DNA of 24,019 nt from Oligoflexales bacterium (GTDB taxonomy: Bacteria > Bdellovibrionota_B > Oligoflexia > Oligoflexales > RGVZ01): positions 1 to 24,019 of the forward strand of contig JBIIGV010000037.1 in assembly GCA_044236265.1 (NCBI GenBank). The letters are read 5' to 3'. The position numbers and the translations under genes are program-made. This document shows positions 15,308 to 23,396 of the stretch, in pieces. The notes under the pieces were generated by a model. It was not told where the DNA came from and did not search any database. It saw only the letters and a list, made by a program, of their open reading frames with translations. The stretch's first letter is position 1. Each line of letters opens with the position of its first letter.

Positions 15308-16841
15308 TTGTCGCTCCCGGCTCGCGGCTTCCAATTGGGAGACCTGCTCTCAAGTCTTCAAGCACCAATGTGGCAGTGGCCTTAGCCGAGTTGACAACTC
15401 CGGGTACGCCTGCGCCTGGATGAGTCCCAGCTCCCGTAAAGTACATTCCAGAAACCCGGCCATCGCGGTTATGAGTGCGAAAGAATGCGCTCTGCCAGAG
15501 AACGGGTTCACTGGAAAATGCTGAGCCAAGATGCGAGTTTAATTCAGTCTTGAAATCCATCGGAGTGAAAATCTTCTGAGTCACGATGTGCTTACGTAGA
15601 CCGGGTGCGTAATGTTGTTCGATATAATTTAAGATCCGGTCAGCATATTCTGGGCCTTCCTTTTGCCAGTCCACTTGAAGATTCCCGAGGTGTGGTACTG
15701 GAGAAAGTACGTAAAAAGCCTCGCAGCCTTCCGGCGCCATCCCTGGATCGGTCCGAGTCGGTGCATGCAAATAGAGAGAAAAATCATCGGGGATTTTGCT
15801 GGCCTTGGAAAAGATCTGACTTAAAAGTCCGCGGTACGACTTGCCGAAAAGAATATTATGGTGCGCAAGTTCTGGGTACTGCTTATCGGTACCAAAATAA
15901 ACTAAGAATAATGACATGCTCTGCGAATGACCGAGAACTTTCTTTCGTCCGGCCTCTGCCTCGGGGGTGTTTCGCAGTAGATGACTATAGCTGTGCACCA
16001 CATCCGCGTTGGAAACAACAACATCACAAGGCCATACGCCACTTGCGGTCCTAACGGCGCTAACGTGACCCTCAGTTGTGATAATTTCCTCTACTGGAGA
16101 TGATAATCGCACCTCTCCACCAAGCTCCTCAAAGACTTTGACTAAAGCGCGAACCAAAGCACCTGTGCCACCGCGCGGGAAGAAGACACCCCACTTGCGT
16201 TCAAGATAGTGGATCAAAGTATAAATAGAGGACGTTTTAAAAGGATTGCCGCCAACCAATAGAGTATGAAAACTGAAAGCTTGACGCAGCTGTGGGTCCT
16301 TGATGAAACGTGCGACCGTCTTGAAAACGGAGCGATGAGCGCTCAGTTTGGTCAGTTGCGGAGCGACACGGATCATGCTCCACCAGTTTAGAAACGGCAC
16401 GTGGGCTAATTTCGTGTAGCCCTCATCAAAAACCTCTTTTGAATATTTCAAAAATCTGGAGTACCCATCCACATCTTTTGGGGATTTTTTTTGAATCTGT
16501 TCAGACGTACTAGCGGGGTCATTGGAGTAATCAAATGAAAACCCGTTCTCCCAGAACAAACGATAGAAGGGCGTCACTGGCATCATCTCGACGTAGTCTT
16601 CCATCCTTTTGCCGGAAAGGTCGAAAAGTTCCCGCAAACAATCTGGAGCAGTGATAACGGTCGGTCCAGCATCAAACGTAAAGCCTTTATCCCGGTAGAC
16701 GTATGCTCGGCCTCCAGGCTGATCGCGTTTTTCAAACACAACAACCTTATTTCCTGCCGCTTGCAATCGGATGGCGGCAGCAAGACCTCCAAACCCACTT
16801 CCGATCACAGCAACACGAGCAGAGTTCTTATTTTTATGCAT
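15285..16841 (-). CDS. crtI: Phytoene desaturase (CrtI, lycopene-forming type)
   Basis: VIGSGFGGLAAAIRLQAAG, FDAGPTVIT, FSFHTLLVGGNPF, DDFSLYLHAP and GAGTHPGAGVPGV motifs. Confidence 0.97.
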   Translation of the reverse strand: MHKNKNSARVAVIGSGFGGLAAAIRLQAAGNKVVVFEKRDQPGGRAYVYRDKGFTFDAGPTVITAPDCLRELFDLSGKRMEDYVEMMPVTPFYRLFWENGFSFDYSNDPASTSEQIQKKSPKDVDGYSRFLKYSKEVFDEGYTKLAHVPFLNWWSMIRVAPQLTKLSAHRSVFKTVARFIKDPQLRQAFSFHTLLVGGNPFKTSSIYTLIHYLERKWGVFFPRGGTGALVRALVKVFEELGGEVRLSSPVEEIITTEGHVSAVRTASGVWPCDVVVSNADVVHSYSHLLRNTPEAEAGRKKVLGHSQSMSLFLVYFGTDKQYPELAHHNILFGKSYRGLLSQIFSKASKIPDDFSLYLHAPTRTDPGMAPEGCEAFYVLSPVPHLGNLQVDWQKEGPEYADRILNYIEQHYAPGLRKHIVTQKIFTPMDFKTELNSHLGSAFSSEPVLWQSAFFRTHNRDGRVSGMYFTGAGTHPGAGVPGVVNSAKATATLVLEDLRAGLPIGSREPGATNDLLTNA

Positions 16842-17892
16842 ATGCAGTCATCACTTTCTGTGCCAGATCTCGCAGCGACGAAATGGCCGCCACTTGCGCG
16901 TTAGTTTCGACGACACAATTTAATTCATCTAAACATGCTTCGAATTCTGCCATTGCTAGTTCTTGAGCCTTCTCGACGATTCGCTTGAAGAGTAATGAAT
17001 CATCACCAGAAATTTCATTGGGATGTCCCATCAAGTACTGAAATTTAATGAAGTCTGGTGCCTCAAGCTCTCGAGCGGCCACAGCCCACACCCATGAAGG
17101 TCTAATTAGTGGCCTACAGATCATTTGGCTTTTGTTTTTTGGCGATACGTCTCCGATATCGTTAAACATCTGTAAGGCTACGCCGAAACGCTGGCCGAAT
17201 TTTGCCAGACAGAGGCGTTTGATAGAGTCCGCGTCACCAACGATTGCGCCCAATTCAGCGCACATGCCGGTTAGCTCTCCAGTCTTCAGTTCTATCGCTG
17301 TAACTGAAATATCGAGCGCTTCACGCTGTGAGCATTGGGTCATATCGTGGCCAAGATCAAGAGCCTGCCCCTGATGGGCGAGGAGCATTGTCCTGTGGAA
17401 AAGGCGGTAAATCTCAAGCTCAACAGTTGGAGTTAGAGCCTGCTTTCGTAGCAAATCTATTGGCCAAAAATATAGCCAGTTCGCCGCGTTGATGGTTCGG
17501 GGAACTCCGATCTGCATATGCAGCGCCGCCTTGCCTCGGCGCATTTCGTCTGCATCTTGGATGTCATCGATCATAAGTGAACCAGCATGCAACGCTTCAA
17601 CCACGCAAGCCAAGCAGTCGAGAAGTGATTGCTGGCTTTCAATCAATGATCCAGCCGTAGTATTGGCAATAGTAAAACCAATATGAACTAGTTGCGCACG
17701 AACTTGCTTGGAATTACGACTTGCGAACTCACGAACTGGGGCCACTAAAGCAGCATCTAAACTAGGATCAGAAGTGCTCGGAAGATGGGCAGCCAAAATG
17801 GGCAATAGCTCAGTCCGGGTATTATTTTTTTGCAAGGTTGTTTTATGATTTATCACCGCTAGAAGGGTAATAGATGTCTCATCTGGGGTCAA
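16834..17892 (-). CDS. crtE: Polyprenyl (geranylgeranyl) diphosphate synthase
   Basis: HAGSLMIDDIQD....RRG, GQALDL, KTG and LQMFNDIGD (second Asp-rich motif as NDxxD); 8-nt overlap with crtI. The start codon is uncertain. Confidence 0.85.
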   Translation of the reverse strand: MTPDETSITLLAVINHKTTLQKNNTRTELLPILAAHLPSTSDPSLDAALVAPVREFASRNSKQVRAQLVHIGFTIANTTAGSLIESQQSLLDCLACVVEALHAGSLMIDDIQDADEMRRGKAALHMQIGVPRTINAANWLYFWPIDLLRKQALTPTVELEIYRLFHRTMLLAHQGQALDLGHDMTQCSQREALDISVTAIELKTGELTGMCAELGAIVGDADSIKRLCLAKFGQRFGVALQMFNDIGDVSPKNKSQMICRPLIRPSWVWAVAARELEAPDFIKFQYLMGHPNEISGDDSLLFKRIVEKAQELAMAEFEACLDELNCVVETNAQVAAISSLRDLAQKVMTAYA

Positions 17893-18121
17893 GAAGTGTG
17901 AGTAAAAAGATGCATGCTAGTGGAGCCTGTTTTTTTTAATTTGGCCACAGCATGCGTCGAGTCGGGCTGAACGGCAAACGCCTTATAAGTTCCAGACATC
18001 AAATAGATAACTCCTTAGCACAGTCAGGACTGAGTGAACGGATTTGGATAATTTATGTGACCTTTTTCTGTCTATTGGAGCTTTAATGGGCTCGAACTTT
18101 GAATGTTATTAATGCGGAAAT

Positions 18122-19255
18122 CTATTCGGCCAAAGATCTTAATCTTTTCGGATGAAAGATAGCCGGTACAGTTTTGGATCTGCCTTCAATGATGAACTCC
18201 GAAAGTCCTCGCCCGGCCGCGCAGCCCAGTGTAAGTCCCGATCCCATGTAGCCTCCAGCCATCAGAACTCTTGAATCATCATACATCGGTCCAATAATTG
18301 GAATTTCATCGCAGGCTCTGAGCTCAAGCAGTGCGTGCTGCAGTGTCGGATTGGAAAGTTTCACATCGAAGAGTGACTCGATTCTTTTTTTGACGGTGCT
18401 TGTGATCTTTTCGTCGAGATGCGCTTCGATCGCCTCCACGCCAGCCCACTTTCTTAGATACCTCGCTCCACCGGCGCGGAGCTTTCTATCTGACGTGACT
18501 GAAATCCAGTATTGGCTAAAATCTGAGAGTAGAAGGTTGCCAGGAGTCAAAAATGGATATCTTCCATCAAACTCAAATTCTGCCCACTGGTCGGCATGAT
18601 TGACGAGGCAGGACTCCATGTTGGGAATTAGTTTTTTGATTCCAAGGTGACTTGCTACCACAACAACTTCTGCCGTCAGTTTTATTCCTGAAGACGTCAA
18701 AACAGAGATGTGACGAGGTGTTGTTTCAATCCTGATGACATCCTCTGGAAAAATCTTGCTACTAAGGTCTTCTTCCATATGACCCAGTAAGGATTCCATA
18801 TTGATTGATGCGGAAGCCGTACCATCCGACTGGTAGGTCAGTTTTTGCGTCCCACGCCCATCAAGACTTACAGAGCTTGGAAAGCCATTGCTGGCAAGCC
18901 AAGAGCTTGCGACAGCCATCTCCTGCGCTTCCATATCTGACTGGGTGAGCCGGTAAACCCGTCCCTCGTGGTGGTCAACTTTAAACTGAGTTGTCAGATC
19001 CATTAAATCTGAAAAGCCGATACGACCCAGTCGTAACAGATTTCTTGCAGCGTCCTCGCCGTGCCCGTGCACAGTTCGAGAGATGTTATCCAACGTGGAA
19101 ACGGCTGCGTAGCCAGAGTTTATAGATGCGCAGTTGGTAAAATCGCGACTCGGAGCAACAAAGCAAAAAGATCCAATGCCATAGCGCTTCAGGTGAAGGC
19201 CTGTACTCAGACCCGTAATACCCCTTCCAATTATGATGACGTCGAATGCTTGCAT
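18122..19255 (-). CDS. FAD-dependent oxidoreductase (DAO / glycine oxidase-like family)
   Basis: DVIIIGRGITGLS, ASINSG, D.IPIIG and AGGYMGSGLTLG motifs. Confidence 0.85.
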   Translation of the reverse strand: MQAFDVIIIGRGITGLSTGLHLKRYGIGSFCFVAPSRDFTNCASINSGYAAVSTLDNISRTVHGHGEDAARNLLRLGRIGFSDLMDLTTQFKVDHHEGRVYRLTQSDMEAQEMAVASSWLASNGFPSSVSLDGRGTQKLTYQSDGTASASINMESLLGHMEEDLSSKIFPEDVIRIETTPRHISVLTSSGIKLTAEVVVVASHLGIKKLIPNMESCLVNHADQWAEFEFDGRYPFLTPGNLLLSDFSQYWISVTSDRKLRAGGARYLRKWAGVEAIEAHLDEKITSTVKKRIESLFDVKLSNPTLQHALLELRACDEIPIIGPMYDDSRVLMAGGYMGSGLTLGCAAGRGLSEFIIEGRSKTVPAIFHPKRLRSLAE

Positions 19256-19348
19256 GAGGGCTTAAATAAGGGTTTGTTAGCCTGTAAACTCAGTCAAAAC
19301 AATGTTAAGCTACATCGTACGTCAATTCCACTAACAACGGGTAAGAAT

Positions 19349-20857
19349 ATGGTCCTCTTGTCACGGAAGTTTGTCTCATCAATTATCGTTACAACTACGA
19401 TGTTTGTTTCAACGTTGGTCTTGGGCGCATCCCTTGACGTTATTGGATGGGGCCCGACCTCGCATATCAAAGCCAAAAAAGAACCACCCACCTGGCTTGG
19501 GGATGATCCCATCCTGGGTCGTCTAGCTTGTCCCGCCATTTTGCGACTTGAAGGTGATCAGCTAAAAAATGACGCCCTACTTCTTAAGGTAAATCCCTCG
19601 GTGGAAAAGGTTGGTTCAGGTGAGCGTTGGACTCTGACCCTGCGCCCAGGTTTGCGTTGGTGGTCGGGATTTCCGATTGATGCTTCGTCATTATCCAACT
19701 GGCTTAAAACAGCTCTTCCGCAGGCGGTCACCGAACGGTTGAGTGCCGCTTTTCCAGCGGACGTTACATTCTCAGTTGCTGGCCCATTGGCAGTCAGAAT
19801 TGATTTTCCAAAGGCACCGAACTTTGGTCCTTACGTCCTTTCTGGCATCAGCTTGATGCGCCCTACTCCAGATGAAGGGTTTGAGTGTGCTGGTTTGTAC
19901 TCAATGAATGTCATGCCGTACGGTGTAGATCTTGTTTTGAACAAAGGTTACACGGCAAAGTACGACACAATAAAAGTCTACGGATCTAGTACGGCCCTTG
20001 GCACAAGTTCGGCTGGTATTAAGTTTTCCATGGCCAATCAGGCATCTAAGGCATCTGCAACCGCTATTGAAACCAAGCAGTGCGTAAACCGTATCGATAT
20101 ACCTCTGTTCACGACATTAATCTGGAATCCTTCCTCGCCTCTCTCATCGTCAGCACTGCTTAGGCAGGGTTTGACCATGGCGACTCCTCGAGGAGAGATT
20201 TTGAGAACTGCTGCCGGCGACATTGGTTCTCTGGTCTCGGCTCCTATTCTGCGTTCACATCCCGGCTACAATTCAAAAACATTGATTCGCCCCTACAACT
20301 TGGAGGCGGCATCTCAGATTTTTGAACAAGCTGGCTACAAGCAGGCTCACATTGGTCTTCCGCGTGCAAAAACTGCTGATAAGCCGGTTTCCATCCAGAT
20401 TGCCCGCATGAGTGGCCGCCAGGACTTGGTCGAAAAGATTATCAGCGACTCGTTCGCCTCTCTTGGAATTGAGACCCACTTTGATGATATTTCCAATAAA
20501 AACGAAAAATTTGATGCCGTCATGGCTGGGATTTTCATTCCAATGTTATCACAGGACCTGAGGTCTGTGGCCCACACATCAGCCATCAAAACGGGCGGTA
20601 AAAACGGTCTTTCCTTTCCTTTTGAGTATCAGGGTGATAAGAAGCTGGACGAACTTTTAGACGACTACTCGGTGTCATTGACGAGAGACAATGCCGACTT
20701 TGGGCTGCTCAGAAAAGTTCATGAACGATGGTTCGAGGTTGAACCATGGACTGTGGTGATGGCTCATCAGTACTGCGTCGAATCGAAGGGACTTAATGTC
20801 CCTAAGAAGCTAAATACGCGAGATGCAGACTGGTTCCGTCGCTTGACCGTTGATTAA
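19349..20857 (+). CDS. Extracytoplasmic solute-binding protein, family 5 (OppA/DppA-like), divergent
   Basis: Signal-peptide-like N-terminus from ATG 19349; WTLTLRPGLRWWSGFPI, LRQGL..A..R.EI and YNLEAA.QIFEQAGY motifs. The ORF-track start at 19061 overlaps the divergent gene and is unlikely. Confidence 0.75.
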   Translation: MVLLSRKFVSSIIVTTTMFVSTLVLGASLDVIGWGPTSHIKAKKEPPTWLGDDPILGRLACPAILRLEGDQLKNDALLLKVNPSVEKVGSGERWTLTLRPGLRWWSGFPIDASSLSNWLKTALPQAVTERLSAAFPADVTFSVAGPLAVRIDFPKAPNFGPYVLSGISLMRPTPDEGFECAGLYSMNVMPYGVDLVLNKGYTAKYDTIKVYGSSTALGTSSAGIKFSMANQASKASATAIETKQCVNRIDIPLFTTLIWNPSSPLSSSALLRQGLTMATPRGEILRTAAGDIGSLVSAPILRSHPGYNSKTLIRPYNLEAASQIFEQAGYKQAHIGLPRAKTADKPVSIQIARMSGRQDLVEKIISDSFASLGIETHFDDISNKNEKFDAVMAGIFIPMLSQDLRSVAHTSAIKTGGKNGLSFPFEYQGDKKLDELLDDYSVSLTRDNADFGLLRKVHERWFEVEPWTVVMAHQYCVESKGLNVPKKLNTRDADWFRRLTVD

Positions 20858-20889
20858 ATAGGAAGCCTTGCGCAAAGTATGGTCGCGAG

Positions 20890-21669
20890 GTGTTCTGGGG
20901 AACGAAGCATCCAGTGATTGTTTTAAAATCTGACTTTGAAATTGATAAGATGCGGTCTGCCGGACGCCTGGCAGCTGAAACGCTGGCTATGATTGAAAAG
21001 CACATCCGGCCGGGCATTTCCACGCTTGAGTTAAATGATATATGCCATGACTTTACAGTAAGTCGCGGCGCAGTCTGCGCGCCCCTCAATTACCGGGGTT
21101 ATCCAAAGAGTATTTGTACATCTGTTAATGACGTTGTTTGCCACGGAATTCCCAATTCGAAACAAGTTTTAAAGGACGGCGACATAATCAACGTAGATGT
21201 CACTCCAATACTGGACGGATACCACGGTGACGCGTCGAAAACTTTTTTTGTGGGGACTAATGTCTCGGCTGCTGCGAGAAAATTGGTAAAAGTAACAGAA
21301 GAATGTCTAGAGATCGGCATCAGTCAAATTCGGGTTGGAGCTCGAATTGGTGATATCGGGTATGCCATTCAAGAACACGCAGAAAAACATGGTTATAGCG
21401 TCGTCCGTGATTTTGTCGGGCATGGTATCGGTAAGGTGTTTCACGAGGATCCTCAGGTTCCTCACTACGGTGAGGCCGGAAAAGGTGTCCGCATTGAGCC
21501 TGGAATGACCTTTACTGTGGAGCCAATGATCAATGCCGGTGATTACCGCTGCAAAATTCTAAAAGACAAGTGGACAGCTGTGACTGTAGACAGAAGTCTA
21601 TCGGCTCAGTTTGAACATACGATCGCCATTCGCAGTAACGGAACGGTCGAGATTCTGACCTTGCCGTGA
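20890..21669 (+). CDS. map: Methionine aminopeptidase type I
   Basis: SICTSVNDVVCHGIP, DGDIINVDVT, GHGIG..FHEDP, TVEPMIN and SAQFEHTI motifs. Confidence 0.98.
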   Translation: MFWGTKHPVIVLKSDFEIDKMRSAGRLAAETLAMIEKHIRPGISTLELNDICHDFTVSRGAVCAPLNYRGYPKSICTSVNDVVCHGIPNSKQVLKDGDIINVDVTPILDGYHGDASKTFFVGTNVSAAARKLVKVTEECLEIGISQIRVGARIGDIGYAIQEHAEKHGYSVVRDFVGHGIGKVFHEDPQVPHYGEAGKGVRIEPGMTFTVEPMINAGDYRCKILKDKWTAVTVDRSLSAQFEHTIAIRSNGTVEILTLP

Positions 21670-21670
21670 T

Positions 21671-21973
21671 TTACTGGTTTGCAGAGTCCTCTGACAGTGA
21701 ATTCACATAGAGTGCCAATTCATCTTCATAAACGATGTCGGGCGCGGCAAGTCTTGACTTGATCTCGTCGATTTTGGCGTATGCACTGGCTGCAATTTGT
21801 GCAGGAGTGCTAGCTTCTTTCAGGCCAGCTTTTTGTAAAGTTTTGAGAGCCTCGTCTGGATCGGCTGCCATTTTTTCATAGTGAGCGAGTCGAATGCCGC
21901 GGAGCATTTTGATCTCGTGTAATGTTTCTTGATCTAAAACAGCATCAACAATAATTTTTACGGCAGTCATCAT
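21671..21973 (-). CDS. Hypothetical protein (100 aa, helical)
   Basis: Clean ORF filling the gap after map, with a GGAG upstream and natural-looking composition. Confidence 0.65.
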   Translation of the reverse strand: MMTAVKIIVDAVLDQETLHEIKMLRGIRLAHYEKMAADPDEALKTLQKAGLKEASTPAQIAASAYAKIDEIKSRLAAPDIVYEDELALYVNSLSEDSANQ

Positions 21974-22398
21974 GGGTCTAGTGGCTCCAACACGTCAGGG
22001 CTTGTCGCCCGAAAGGACGACTCTGACCCCTTAGAGCAATGTCTAGGCCAAGTCTTAAAGCAATGAAATGAATGATATAAATATTTGTCGGGGCCAGTGA
22101 AATCGAGTCAATCCCATAAACTTTGTAGGTTGTTTTGACACCTCGGACATATGGGAATCTTCACTCTTTTAAATTTAGTCAGCGATTATCGTGACTTGGG
22201 GACGTTTTCGAGCGCCCTTAAACATCCGAAATCATTGAGAAAACTGAGATTGAAGACCAAAAAACAGCATATATCTTAATTTTTTCAGCCCTTTATGACC
22301 TCTTAATAATCATAAATTACAGTGAAGGTTAGATTATCGAGTTGCCATCTTTGTATCTGTTTTGTATCTGGAACTGAGGATTGGAGGAGGTCCATTTT

Positions 22399-23256
22399 AT
22401 GTCTCAGAGCATTGTTTCGGGTCAGGGTCGAAGCTACCGGATGCGTGCCGTTGAGGGGGTCAAGCAAGGCCTCGGATGGTTAAATCCCGCCTACAAAGAT
22501 TTTCAATATCGTGTTCCTGTCAACTTTACTCGGGGTCACTTCACCGTAAAAACGGTGGAATCCAAGCGTGAGCTTTGGCAAGTGATGACGCTACGATACG
22601 AAGTTTTTCATCGTGAATATATGAACAAATTGATTCCATTTGGGATCGATCGTGACCGCTATGACCTTTCGGCCGATCACTTGGCTATTATTGATAACCG
22701 CATCAATAAAATAGTCGGCACCTATCGACTCATTCCGAGTCATCGAACAGGTGACTTCTACTCTATGACGGAGTTTGACATTTCCGACCTCGTCTCCCGT
22801 GAGGGTGTAAAAGTCGAATTAAGTCGGGCATGTATCCACAAAGACTACCGCAATGGCGCCATTATCACGTTACTGTGGCGCGGAATTATTGAGTATTTGA
22901 ATGCCGCTGGTGCGCGCTGGCTTTTCGGTATGGGCAGTGTGAAGACGATAAATCCTGATGAAATCACAGAGGTTTATAAGTGCTTTGCCGACGAGGGTTC
23001 AGTTGATCCTTCGTTTATGATTCCGGCGAAATCCAATTACCGAATCGACGATTTTGCTAAGCGTCTGGAGCGAGCTCAAGTGACCGACCGTGCTCGGGAG
23101 TTGGTTCCAACCTTGGTCAAATCCTATGTTCGAGCTGGTGCGGTCATCGTGGGTGACCCTGCTATCGACTTGGCGTTCAACTGCAGTGACCTATTTGTCA
23201 TTTTGGATGTGTCAAAGTTATCAGCAGCATACAATCGTAAGTATCAAGTAAACTGA
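22399..23256 (+). CDS. GNAT-family N-acyltransferase, OlsB-like (ornithine/amino-lipid synthesis)
   Basis: LRYEVF, DRDRYD...HL, VGTYRL, FYS..EFD, ELSRACIH.DYRNG and P.LVKSY.RAGA...G.PAID..FN..D motifs; GGAGGAGG SD precedes ATG 22399. Confidence 0.82.
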   Translation: MSQSIVSGQGRSYRMRAVEGVKQGLGWLNPAYKDFQYRVPVNFTRGHFTVKTVESKRELWQVMTLRYEVFHREYMNKLIPFGIDRDRYDLSADHLAIIDNRINKIVGTYRLIPSHRTGDFYSMTEFDISDLVSREGVKVELSRACIHKDYRNGAIITLLWRGIIEYLNAAGARWLFGMGSVKTINPDEITEVYKCFADEGSVDPSFMIPAKSNYRIDDFAKRLERAQVTDRARELVPTLVKSYVRAGAVIVGDPAIDLAFNCSDLFVILDVSKLSAAYNRKYQVN

Positions 23257-23287
23257 ACGAAATTTGATTGAGATTTCTCGTTTGCCA

Positions 23288-23329
23288 AACCCCGTAAAGC
23301 CTTGAGCTGAGCGGGGTTCTTGGTTTTTT
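23288..23329 (+). terminator. Possible Rho-independent terminator after the GNAT gene
   Basis: AACCCCG (23288-23294) / CGGGGTT (23312-23318) with an inner AGC/GCT pair, followed by CTTGGTTTTTT. Confidence 0.45.
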
Positions 23330-23396
23330 CGATCAGAACAGCGTAGAATAAAGGTACCCGCAAAAATGAACACCCCTTTCTTGGGAGCACACGCCA

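Noticed and set aside
17930..17937. A8 tract (minus strand) as a programmed -1 frameshift joining the uORF to crtE
   Set aside because: The -1 frame meets a TAG a few codons later, before the crtE TTG, so no fusion would result.
19061..19348. N-terminal extension of the solute-binding protein ORF
   Set aside because: It overlaps the divergent oxidoreductase start; a signal-peptide-like sequence begins at ATG 19349.
1381..21320. Numerous short antisense or alternate-frame ORFs in the track (e.g. 2670..3098, 5069..5380, 5550..5924, 9044..9469, 15605..16054, 17048..17374)
   Set aside because: They lie largely or wholly within well-supported genes and show no recognisable motifs.
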